The translations under genes were made by a program, and so were the position numbers. A DNA stretch of 64,000 bases, from assembly GCA_025060695.1 (NCBI GenBank), contig JANXBH010000009.1, forward strand, positions 584-64,583, given 5' to 3'. This DNA is from a candidate division WOR-3 bacterium. Its GTDB lineage: Bacteria > Hydrothermota > Hydrothermia > LBFQ01 > DSFT01. The notes beneath the pieces are model-generated. The model saw only the letters and a list, made by a program, of their open reading frames with translations, did no database searches and was not told the origin of the DNA. Positions 53,738 through 62,300 of the stretch are shown here, piece after piece (within the stretch, counting starts at the first letter, position 1; each line of letters opens with the position of its first letter).

Positions 53738-54871
53738 ATGTTTGAACCATTTCAGTATGGATTTTTTATTAAAGCATTAATTGCTTCTATAATCATATCC
53801 ATCACTAGTTCCTTTATTTCTCCCTTTTTAATAAGTAAAAGATGGTCATTATTAGGTGATACAATATCACACGCAGTTCTTCCTGGAATAGCAATAGCCT
53901 ATATTTTAAAAATTCCATTTTTTATTGGGGCAGTTGCTAGTGCAGTTTTAACAGCTATATTCGTAGGGTTCATTGAAAATAAAACGAAAATAAAAGGTGA
54001 TACTGCACTCGGCATTGGCCTAACAGGCGCTTTTGCACTTGGCATAGCTATTATGAGTATTATTAGAACAAAGGATATTGACCTTTATCATATACTATTT
54101 GGTAATGTGCTTGCAATTAGATTATCTGATATCTTGTTAGTTTCAATAATTGGAGCAATAGTCGTATTATCAATAATTATTTTGTATAAGGAATTTGTTC
54201 TTTGGACATTCAATCAAACCTTATTTAAATTATACGGATTTCCAGATAAACTATTTAGATATGTGCTTATAGTTTTAGTATCAATTAGCATAGTTTCTGC
54301 AGTTGTAGCGGTAGGAGTAGTATTAGCAGTTGCTCTTGTTATTATCCCAGGAGCAATAGGATATTTAATCTTTAGGAAAATCTCAGACATTATTAAGTTT
54401 GGCATTTTAATTAGTTCAATTTCAGTAATTTTAGGTTTATATAGTTCATATTATTTAAATGTTTCAAGTGGTCCTGCTATTGTTGTTATACTGACGCTAT
54501 TTTTCTTACTCTTTATGTTTGTCTCACCAAAAGAGGGTATCATAGCAAAAACTATACGTACATACAAAAGTAGAAAATTCATTGAACTGCAGGATGAACT
54601 AAAATTAATATATGAGTTGTCAAGAAGTGAAATTAAGCTTTCAAATCTTAAAAATAGTAAAATTTCCAAATTTATAAAGCTTGGAATAATAGAGCTTGAA
54701 AATGACAAGATTAAGTTCACAGAAAAAGGGAAAAAAGCTGTAGATAAACTTATTAAAGCTCATGAGTTATGGGAAGAATATCTTAAAAGTCATAATGTAG
54801 CAGAAAAACTTGAACACTATACCGACGATGAAATAATGGAAATTTTAGAAAAACTAACAAAAAACCGATAA
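53738..54871 (+). CDS. Metal ABC permease fused to a DtxR-like C-terminal domain
   Basis: GDTISHAVLPG permease motif; tail FTEKG...HELWEEYL...AEKLEH. Confidence 0.88.
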   Translation: MFEPFQYGFFIKALIASIIISITSSFISPFLISKRWSLLGDTISHAVLPGIAIAYILKIPFFIGAVASAVLTAIFVGFIENKTKIKGDTALGIGLTGAFALGIAIMSIIRTKDIDLYHILFGNVLAIRLSDILLVSIIGAIVVLSIIILYKEFVLWTFNQTLFKLYGFPDKLFRYVLIVLVSISIVSAVVAVGVVLAVALVIIPGAIGYLIFRKISDIIKFGILISSISVILGLYSSYYLNVSSGPAIVVILTLFFLLFMFVSPKEGIIAKTIRTYKSRKFIELQDELKLIYELSRSEIKLSNLKNSKISKFIKLGIIELENDKIKFTEKGKKAVDKLIKAHELWEEYLKSHNVAEKLEHYTDDEIMEILEKLTKNR

Positions 54872-54888
54872 CTTTAAACTTTTAGTCT

Positions 54889-55701
54889 TTGAAAAGAAAA
54901 TTTATTTTATGTCCACCATGTTATTATAGAGTTGAATACGATTTTTCAGACGATAATGAATTTTATGATATTTATAGAGGAAAACAAGTGGACCAAAAAA
55001 AGTCAAATAATCAATGGCTTAATGTTTACCATAGTTATTTAAAGCATGGAATTGATATAGAAATTGTTCCACCAGCAGAAAATTTACCGGAACTTACATT
55101 TATAGGAGATTCAATATTTTTAATGAAAGACAAAGCAATAATAAGTAACTTTAAACACCCTATAAGACAAAAGGAAGCGGAATATATAAAAACATGGGCA
55201 TATAGCAAAAACTTTGAAGTTATAGAAACTCCGAAAAACCTAACTTTTGAAGGAAATGCAGAAACCATTTATATTTATTCTAAAAATGTTATTTTAATGG
55301 CATATGGTAAAAGAACTTCATTAGAAATGAAAGATTTTTTAGAAAAGACCTTAGGTATTAAAGTTATACCTATTGAAACATATAGATTTCATCTTGACAT
55401 TTGTTTATTTGCAATAAACGATATAATCATATATGCAGAAAATACTATCAGTGAAAAGTCATTAGAATTACTAAAAGAGAACAAATTTTATCTAATTAAA
55501 GTTCCAGAAGAGTGGACAATTCATTTTGGATTAAATAATACGTATTATGAAGATGTAATCTTTTGCAATCAATCTAAAATTAGCGATAAATTATCAGAAA
55601 TACTTCTAAATTTTGGATATAAAACTGAGTGTCTTGATTTATCTGAATTTCATTTAGTAGGTGGCGGAGTCAAGTGTTTAACATTAGAACATTATAAATA
55701 A
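54889..55701 (+). CDS. Amidinotransferase/DDAH family protein
   Basis: LPELTFIGD, FEG, FHLD, GGGVKCLT. Confidence 0.85.
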   Translation: MKRKFILCPPCYYRVEYDFSDDNEFYDIYRGKQVDQKKSNNQWLNVYHSYLKHGIDIEIVPPAENLPELTFIGDSIFLMKDKAIISNFKHPIRQKEAEYIKTWAYSKNFEVIETPKNLTFEGNAETIYIYSKNVILMAYGKRTSLEMKDFLEKTLGIKVIPIETYRFHLDICLFAINDIIIYAENTISEKSLELLKENKFYLIKVPEEWTIHFGLNNTYYEDVIFCNQSKISDKLSEILLNFGYKTECLDLSEFHLVGGGVKCLTLEHYK

Positions 55702-55727
55702 TTGATAATCTAATATTTAAGGGGGTA

Positions 55728-55756
55728 TTGACTTTGAGGGGGAGAAGCTTTAAAAT
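55728..55756 (+). promoter_or_regulatory. Sigma70-type promoter, leaderless
   Basis: TTGACT-N17-TAAAAT; the ATG begins 7 nt after the -10 hexamer. Confidence 0.8.
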
Positions 55757-55762
55757 TATAAT

Positions 55763-57739
55763 ATGTTAGTTTATATACTTTCACAAGTAAGTGTAATACA
55801 AACTGATTGGTATAATGGGCCAGAGAGGGCAAATCTTTCACCATTCTGTCAAAACAATCCTACCAACTTAATTTGTTCAAATGATTGTCCCTTAGTTACA
55901 AACCCACCACATGGTAGCTTCTCCAATAAATTTTGCAAGCACGACGGAAATATATTCTACTTATTTCAGGGAAAACTTAGACTAAAAGGAGTTTTTAGAA
56001 CAATATTAGAACATTCTTTAGATCCAAGTGTTGGAGGATGGGATAATGACCCTGATATTTTCGACGTAAATAAAGACGGATTTTTAGACTTAGTAGTAAC
56101 TGATGAACAAAGCCCGAACAGACATGCTTGGGTTTATTTCAATCCATACGGATGTGGTAATTTCTCGCAAGCAAATAGAGTGACAGCAGTAAATGATATA
56201 GAAAGTATAGATGAAATAGATGAAGGCGATGCTGATAGGGATGGTGATATTGATTTATTTACTGTTGGTCATAGTAATCACGACGAAGATGTAGTACTGC
56301 TAATAAATAACGGTAATTCTACAAATTGGTCAAAGTGCGTCATTTGTATGGACTTGAACGGTAATAATTGTTCGAATGGAACTGGTGAAGCTGAAGGCAT
56401 AGCAGTTGGAGATTTAGATAATGACGGAGACCTTGATATAGCCGTCACGCAATTAAACGATGGTAGAGTATACTGGTTTGAAAAACTACCAAATAATTCA
56501 AACTTAGGCTTTGGATGTAATAATATTGACGGCAAAAATCACAGATATAATAGATATGAAATTTATAGTGGAGGGACAGGCACAGCATGGGATGCTTGGA
56601 TAGCTGATATGAATAACGATGGAAGAAGAGATATTATAGTAACAACGCAAAGGGAAGTAATGTGGTTTAGAAACAATGGAGGAAGTCCATTAACATTTAC
56701 AAGGTTTACAATCGAAAATAACAATAATGCGAACTTCTATGCACTATGGGTAAAAGATATAAATAATGACGGTGATTTAGATATAGTAGTAACAGATAGA
56801 GCAGGAAGAATAAGAATATATAGAAATGATGGTTTAGGAAGCTTTCCAAATAATTGGCAAATTACGATAAATGTCAATAACCCTATGGGTGTTGTAATAG
56901 CGGACTTAGAACCAGACGGAGATCAGGATATATTTGTAGCAAGCTATGTGCCAAACGATAAAAGGATATACGCATACGAAAATACAAGTGGAAATGTTTT
57001 AGATAACCAAAATATAAACTTTACGCAAATTATTCCAGCGAATGTTCCACAGAGAAGTTATTTTGGACTTGGTGTTGGTGATGTAGATAGTGATGCTGAC
57101 CCTGACTTGGTTGTAAGAGCAGGAACAAATGGAAATCCAGAGGGTCTATATTGGTATTCAACTGAACTGCTTTACGTCAATCGAGGTATAATGATTTCAA
57201 ATGTAGTAGACATAAATGGTATAATGAAAACTTGGAAATTACACAGAATTGAACTAATAGGCTTTGATCCGTTAAATTGTCAAGCCATAGTACCAAATGA
57301 GCAATTTTATTATAGATATACAAGCAGTTCTAACTGGACGGATATATATAATCAAAACTGGATAGGACCAATAACGAACTTTCCATATACACCACCATCA
57401 ACACAAATGGTAAAATACATACAATATATGCTAATTTTAAACTCACTTAATAATAATGAACGAACTCCAGTAGTTGAGGAAGTTAGGTTTATCTTTGATA
57501 CTCTTATAACTCCTGTAAGTGCAGAGGAAAACGAAAATAAGCACTATTACAAGCTAATTAAAAATAAAATCCAATTTAACATGGAAGGTCATGTAAGGAT
57601 ATTAAAACTTGATGGCACAGTATATAAAGAAATGAAAGTTAAAACAGGAGATGAAATTACATTGAAGAAAGGAATATACATTATACAGTTTACAAATAAT
57701 TACCTAAAACTTCAAAGGAATAAGATAGTAATTAAATAG
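55763..57739 (+). CDS. Exported FG-GAP/VCBS repeat protein with T9SS-like C-terminal domain
   Basis: Seven D.D/N.DG..DI/L motifs; tail VRILKLDG...KKGIYII. Confidence 0.88.
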   Translation: MLVYILSQVSVIQTDWYNGPERANLSPFCQNNPTNLICSNDCPLVTNPPHGSFSNKFCKHDGNIFYLFQGKLRLKGVFRTILEHSLDPSVGGWDNDPDIFDVNKDGFLDLVVTDEQSPNRHAWVYFNPYGCGNFSQANRVTAVNDIESIDEIDEGDADRDGDIDLFTVGHSNHDEDVVLLINNGNSTNWSKCVICMDLNGNNCSNGTGEAEGIAVGDLDNDGDLDIAVTQLNDGRVYWFEKLPNNSNLGFGCNNIDGKNHRYNRYEIYSGGTGTAWDAWIADMNNDGRRDIIVTTQREVMWFRNNGGSPLTFTRFTIENNNNANFYALWVKDINNDGDLDIVVTDRAGRIRIYRNDGLGSFPNNWQITINVNNPMGVVIADLEPDGDQDIFVASYVPNDKRIYAYENTSGNVLDNQNINFTQIIPANVPQRSYFGLGVGDVDSDADPDLVVRAGTNGNPEGLYWYSTELLYVNRGIMISNVVDINGIMKTWKLHRIELIGFDPLNCQAIVPNEQFYYRYTSSSNWTDIYNQNWIGPITNFPYTPPSTQMVKYIQYMLILNSLNNNERTPVVEEVRFIFDTLITPVSAEENENKHYYKLIKNKIQFNMEGHVRILKLDGTVYKEMKVKTGDEITLKKGIYIIQFTNNYLKLQRNKIVIK

Positions 57740-58800
57740 AATTTCTTTTAAGTAGTAAATATGCTCTAATGAATTCGTCAATTTCGCCATCTAATACTAA
57801 ATCTGGGTTAGTATGTTCAAAATTAGTTCTATGGTCCTTTACTAATTTATATGGGTGGAGTATATACGACCTAATTTGGTGACCCCATGCAATATCGGTT
57901 TTTTGCTCCTCAATTTCCTTTAATTTTTGTTCTTCTTGCTGTTTATAATAATCATATAACTTAGATTTTAAAATCTTTAAAGCAATTTCTTTATTTTTAT
58001 GTTGAGAACGCTCACTTCTAATTGTTACTACTATACCTGTAGGAATATGGGTAATTCTTACTGCACTTTCTGTTTTATTTACATGCTGACCTCCTGCCCC
58101 ACTAGACCTAAAAGTTTCAATTTTTAAATCATTTTCATTTATACTAATTCTTAAGTCTTCCTTTTGAGGATAAACGAAGACAGAAGCAAAAGAAGTATGT
58201 CTTCTACTATTTGCATCAAAAGGTGATATTCTTATTAATCTATGAACACCCACCTCACTCCTTAATAAGCCATATGCATATTTACCCTTAACAAGAATTG
58301 ACACTGATTTAATTCCTACAACTTCACCAGGGATAATATCCAATATCTCGTATTTAAAATTTTTCTTTTCTATCCATCTTAAATACATGCGCATCAACAT
58401 CTGTGCCCAATCGTGACTTTCTGTTCCACCCGCACCGGGATGAATTTCTAAAATAGCATCAAGTTTATCATCTTCATTTCCCAAAAGCGTACTTATTTCA
58501 AGCTCATTTAATTTCTTTTCAAACAACTTTAACTTTATTTCATATTCTTTTTGAAAATCAGTATCTTCTAATGCCAATTCAGATAAAAGCATTATTTCTT
58601 CATGAAGCTTTTTTATAGTATCAATCTCTTGAAGTTTTTCCTTTAAATTTGAAAGTTCTAATAATAATTCTCTTGCTCTTTCCTTATTCTTCCAAAATTC
58701 TTCACTGTTGGAAAGACTCTCAATTTCACTTATTCTGTGTCTTATCTTTTCCTCTTCAAAGATAGGAAATTAATTTTTTGTATCTTTCAAAAATATCCAT
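57732..58800 (-). CDS. prfB: Peptide chain release factor 2 with programmed +1 frameshift (~355 aa)
   Basis: SPF and GGQ motifs. ATG 58800 gives MDIFERYKKLISYL then CTT TGA (58761-58756); the +1 frame (EEEKIRHRI...EEFW) is open into the tracked ORF. Confidence 0.95.
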
Positions 58801-58822
58801 AAGCTTTAAAATTTTAAAGCTT
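58801..58822. promoter_or_regulatory. Perfect 22-bp palindrome holding back-to-back -10 boxes for prfB and tRNA-Ser
   Basis: AAGCTTTAAAATTTTAAAGCTT fills most of the 26-bp intergenic gap. Confidence 0.7.
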
Positions 58823-58826
58823 TCTT

Positions 58827-58915
58827 GGAGGGATGGCCGAGCGGACGAAGGCGGCGGCCTGGAGAGCCGTTATTCCCTTAAAAGGGAATCGTGGGTTCAA
58901 ATCCCACTCCCTCCG
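58827..58915 (+). tRNA. tRNA-Ser(GGA)
   Basis: Acceptor GGAGGGA/TCCCTCC+G, anticodon arm GCGGC-CTGGAGA-GCCGT, long variable arm ATTCCC..GGGAAT, T-loop GTTCAAATC. CCA not encoded. Confidence 0.96.
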
Positions 58916-58919
58916 CTTT

Positions 58920-59300
58920 ATGAATAATCCCTTGGAACATCCACTGTATGTTTATTATAAATATCCTAGATATAGAGGAAAATTAGATAATTATAATAAA
59001 ACTGCTCATAAAGGAAATCCAAGTTGTGGAGATGAAATTATATTTTATGTAGAAGTTGAAAATAATATAATTAAACAAATAGGCTATGAAGGTCATGGGT
59101 GTTCAATAAGCCAGGCATCAGCCGATATCTTATCAGATTGGGCATTAGGGAAACATGTAAATGAAATAATAAATTTAGAAGAAAGGCAATTTTTAAATAT
59201 GTTAGGAGAAATAATACAAACAAGAATAAAGTGTGCACTTTTGAGTCTTGAAGTATTAAAAACTGCTTTAAAAAGAGGAGGAGAGAATGAAGGACATTAG
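58920..59300 (+). CDS. SufU/IscU-like Fe-S scaffold
   Basis: GNPSCGD, GCSISQASA, RIKCALL; start corrected to ATG 58920. Confidence 0.9.
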   Translation: MNNPLEHPLYVYYKYPRYRGKLDNYNKTAHKGNPSCGDEIIFYVEVENNIIKQIGYEGHGCSISQASADILSDWALGKHVNEIINLEERQFLNMLGEIIQTRIKCALLSLEVLKTALKRGGENEGH

Positions 59301-60453
59301 AGAAATAGGAGAACCTGTGTTTAGCTCAGGTCTTGAAAATATATACTTCTCAGAAACTAAACTTTGTTATATTGATGGTGAAAATGGAAGATTGTATTAC
59401 TTAGGTATTCCTATTGAAGAACTTGCTGATAATTCAACATTTGAGGAAAGTTCATATTTACTTCTTTATCAGAAACTACCTAATAAAGAAGAACTTGAAA
59501 ATTTTGATAGAAAACTAAGAGAGAATAGAGAGATTTCAGAAATACTACTAAAGGAGGAAGAGTTAATTCCCAAAAATGCTCATCCCATGGATGTAATAAG
59601 AACAATTGTATCATTTAATGGAATGCTAGATGAAAAAGCAACATCAAGAAATGAAGAAGAACTATTAGAAAAGGCAAATAAGCTAATAGCTATGCTACCA
59701 ACGATAGTCGCATACTTCCACAGAATAAGAAATAATCTAAATACCGTTAAACCTGATAGAGAATTAAATCATGCAGGCAACTTTCTATACATGCTAAGAG
59801 GAGAAAAACCATCAGATATTGAAATTGAAATTTTTGATAAAACATTAATCTTATATTTGGAACACGGAATGAATGCATCTACATTCTCCGCAATAGTTAC
59901 AGCATCAACTCAATCTGATATTTATTCATCAATTACAAGCGCAATAGGAACACTTAAAGGTCCACTTCATGGAGGTGCCAACGAAGAAGCTATGAAAATG
60001 TTGTTTGAAATTGATGAAAAATATAATGGGGATGTTGAGAAGTATTTAAAAGAAAAACTTGCAAGAAAAGAAAGAATAATGGGTTTTGGTCATAGAGTTT
60101 ATAAAGCATACGATCCAAGAGCAAGAATACTTAAAAACTTAGCTTTAAAATTAGCGGACTACACAAACAATAGAAAGTGGATAGATATGCAAATTCAATT
60201 AGAAGAAAAGGCAGGACCAATTCTTGGAGAAAAGCAAATCTATCCAAATGTAGATTATTATGCTGCAAGTATATACTACATGTTAAAAATACCATTCGAT
60301 TTGTATACGCCCATTTTTGCAATTGCGAGAATTGTAGGATGGATATCACACATTTTAGAATATTGGAAGTCTTCAGGGAGGCTTATAAGACCGAGAGAAA
60401 AGTATATAGGAGAATTAAACAAGCCATATATAAAAATTAACGAAAGGAGGTAG
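59287..60453 (+). CDS. Citrate synthase / 2-methylcitrate synthase family
   Basis: EHGMNASTF, GPLHGGANE, MGFGHRVYK, PNVDYY. Confidence 0.94.
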   Translation: MKDIREIGEPVFSSGLENIYFSETKLCYIDGENGRLYYLGIPIEELADNSTFEESSYLLLYQKLPNKEELENFDRKLRENREISEILLKEEELIPKNAHPMDVIRTIVSFNGMLDEKATSRNEEELLEKANKLIAMLPTIVAYFHRIRNNLNTVKPDRELNHAGNFLYMLRGEKPSDIEIEIFDKTLILYLEHGMNASTFSAIVTASTQSDIYSSITSAIGTLKGPLHGGANEEAMKMLFEIDEKYNGDVEKYLKEKLARKERIMGFGHRVYKAYDPRARILKNLALKLADYTNNRKWIDMQIQLEEKAGPILGEKQIYPNVDYYAASIYYMLKIPFDLYTPIFAIARIVGWISHILEYWKSSGRLIRPREKYIGELNKPYIKINERR

Positions 60454-60654
60454 ATGATGGAAGAGTTAAAGAAAATGTGGTTGCTAGCAAAGGAAGAAGA
60501 GGAAGAGGAAGAAGAATGGGAAGAGGAAGACTGGGACGAAGAGGAAAATTGGGACGACGAAGAAGACTGGGAAGATGACGAAAACTGGGAAGATGAAGAG
60601 GATTGGGAAGAGGAGGAAGACTGGGACGAGGAAGAGGAGGAAGAAGAGAAGTAG
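60454..60654 (+). CDS. Polyacidic Trp-repeat microprotein
   Basis: AGGAGG SD at 60445-60450; 45 of 66 residues are D/E; W recurs every 5-6 residues; hairpin follows. Confidence 0.75.
   Translation: MMEELKKMWLLAKEEEEEEEEWEEEDWDEEENWDDEEDWEDDENWEDEEDWEEEEDWDEEEEEEEK
60517..60624 (+). repeat. Imperfect 18-bp tandem repeat TGG-GAN-GAN-GAN-GAR-RAY
   Basis: Seven TGG codons with (D/E)-rich spacers; third positions vary. Confidence 0.85.
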
Positions 60655-60665
60655 AAAAGAACATT

Positions 60666-60682
60666 GGGTGGCAAAGCCACCC
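60666..60682. terminator. GC hairpin after the acidic microprotein
   Basis: GGGTGGC-AAA-GCCACCC; no U-tract on the + strand. Confidence 0.5.
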
Positions 60683-60692
60683 CATAAAAGCT

Positions 60693-61220
60693 ATGAATAT
60701 AGTAATTCTATATTTAGAGATAGATAGTGCAAAAAGTGTTGATTTAAAAAATGACTTTATTATAAAAGTTCTTAAACCTGAAAGCCTTTATATTAGAATT
60801 TCTAACAGATATTACTACTTTTTTATGGGTTATACGCCATTTGAAATGAAATTACCAGAAGGCTTTTACTACATCGAATATCAGAATAAAAAAGATAGCC
60901 TCTTTTTAAAAGGAGGATATATTTACAATATTGAAATACCACAAGATTTAAAAGCAAATAAACCTAAGAAAGTAGGATACGAATATCAAATTAGAAAAGA
61001 GTTTAATAAAGATATAAGCAGAGATAGTTGTTATCTAGTTCTTGAAGGAGGAACTGATAGTTTAACAATTGAAGTTGATACAATGAAATACTCATATAAG
61101 GTTCCTTCGGAATTTTACTTCATAGCAAAGAAGAAAATAAAAATTATAACAAAAGACGTTGAAAAAGAAATATTTTTAGAGCCTCAGTTTATATACTATA
61201 TAAACATAAAATCAAGATGA
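60693..61220 (+). CDS. Hypothetical protein
   Basis: Start corrected to MNIVILYLE; two-fold internal similarity (YIYNI / FIYYI); stop overlaps the next ATG. Confidence 0.6.
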   Translation: MNIVILYLEIDSAKSVDLKNDFIIKVLKPESLYIRISNRYYYFFMGYTPFEMKLPEGFYYIEYQNKKDSLFLKGGYIYNIEIPQDLKANKPKKVGYEYQIRKEFNKDISRDSCYLVLEGGTDSLTIEVDTMKYSYKVPSEFYFIAKKKIKIITKDVEKEIFLEPQFIYYINIKSR

Positions 61221-62278
61221 GAAAATTAGTTTTCATATTTTTAATTTCATGCTCTGCTCTAAAACTACAAACGATTGAAAAAGAAAGTGAGAAGCTTGAA
61301 GTATACTGCGATGAAAATAAGTATGTGGAAGATACTATTATTACTATTGCAAGTTATAACGTAGAAAACCTATTTGATGATATTGAAGACGGATATGAAT
61401 ATAAGGACTATTCAAAAAATACAAGTAATTATTCTACTGAGTTCTTTATAAAGAAAATAAACAATATAAAAAAAGTTCTAACCGATATTAATCCTGATAT
61501 TGTAGGTTTTCAAGAAATAGAGAACAAAAGAGCACTAAGTAAACTCTTTGAAAATATAAAAGATTTAAATTACAAATGTTTTGTTATTGCAGATAAACCC
61601 CAATTTTCAACGGTAAAAACCGCATTAATATCAAAATATGAAATTATAGAAGCCATAGGATATAAAACCATACCCGATGTAAGAAATATACTCTTTGCAA
61701 AAATTTCAGTAAATGGTAATATATTATATGTTTTTGTAAATCATTGGAAAAGTAAAAAAGGACCAGAATCAGAAAGAATCAAAATAGCAAAAATTCACAG
61801 AAAAATTATAGATAGTTTGCTTAAAGTTGAGCCAGATGCAGATATTGTTTCAATAGGAGATTTCAACACACATTACGATGACAAACAAAGCGATGTTATT
61901 GAAGGTAATGCATTTAACTACAAACCAATAATAGGTCTTATAGACATACTAAAAACAACTGGAAACATAGATTCACTAAAATACGGATACCTATACAACT
62001 TATGGTACGATATACCAAAAGAAGAGAGGGGAAGCCATTATTATAAAGGAAACTGGGGGACGTTGGACCACATATTAATTAGCAAAGGACTGCTTGATAC
62101 CATTGGAATTAGTTATATAAAAAATAGTTTTAGGGTGTTTAAAGCAAGCTATCTTTTAGATGAAGCGGGAATTCCATATAGATGGCAAGTAGAATTTGAA
62201 GGTGATAGAACTATACATCTTGGAAAAGGATTTGCTGACCATTTACCTATATATGCAAAGTTTAAATTAAGAAAATAG
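61217..62278 (+). CDS. Endonuclease/exonuclease/phosphatase family lipoprotein
   Basis: LISC lipobox, YNVENLFD, QEIEN, NHWKS, GDFN, LDHI, DHLP. Confidence 0.92.
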   Translation: MRKLVFIFLISCSALKLQTIEKESEKLEVYCDENKYVEDTIITIASYNVENLFDDIEDGYEYKDYSKNTSNYSTEFFIKKINNIKKVLTDINPDIVGFQEIENKRALSKLFENIKDLNYKCFVIADKPQFSTVKTALISKYEIIEAIGYKTIPDVRNILFAKISVNGNILYVFVNHWKSKKGPESERIKIAKIHRKIIDSLLKVEPDADIVSIGDFNTHYDDKQSDVIEGNAFNYKPIIGLIDILKTTGNIDSLKYGYLYNLWYDIPKEERGSHYYKGNWGTLDHILISKGLLDTIGISYIKNSFRVFKASYLLDEAGIPYRWQVEFEGDRTIHLGKGFADHLPIYAKFKLRK

Positions 62279-62300
62279 TTTACTTTAAAATTTTCACACT

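Noticed and set aside
58756-58758. In-frame TGA in prfB as selenocysteine, readthrough or pseudogene
   Set aside because: The zero frame stops again soon after, while CTT TGA with an open +1 frame matches the known RF2 frameshift.
58833-58919. N-terminal extension MAERTKAAAWRAV... of the SufU ORF
   Set aside because: It is the tRNA-Ser sequence read as codons; the real start is 58920.
60276-60692. Poly-Ser and Pro/Leu antisense ORFs and the MGRGGRLGRG extension of the 60603 ORF
   Set aside because: Shadow frames of the acidic repeat; only the acidic frame has an SD.
4581-62291. TTTAAAATTTT motifs as REP elements or a transcription-factor regulon
   Set aside because: Fixed orientation and distance to starts of functionally unrelated genes, plus one -35 at 17 bp, fit a core promoter better.
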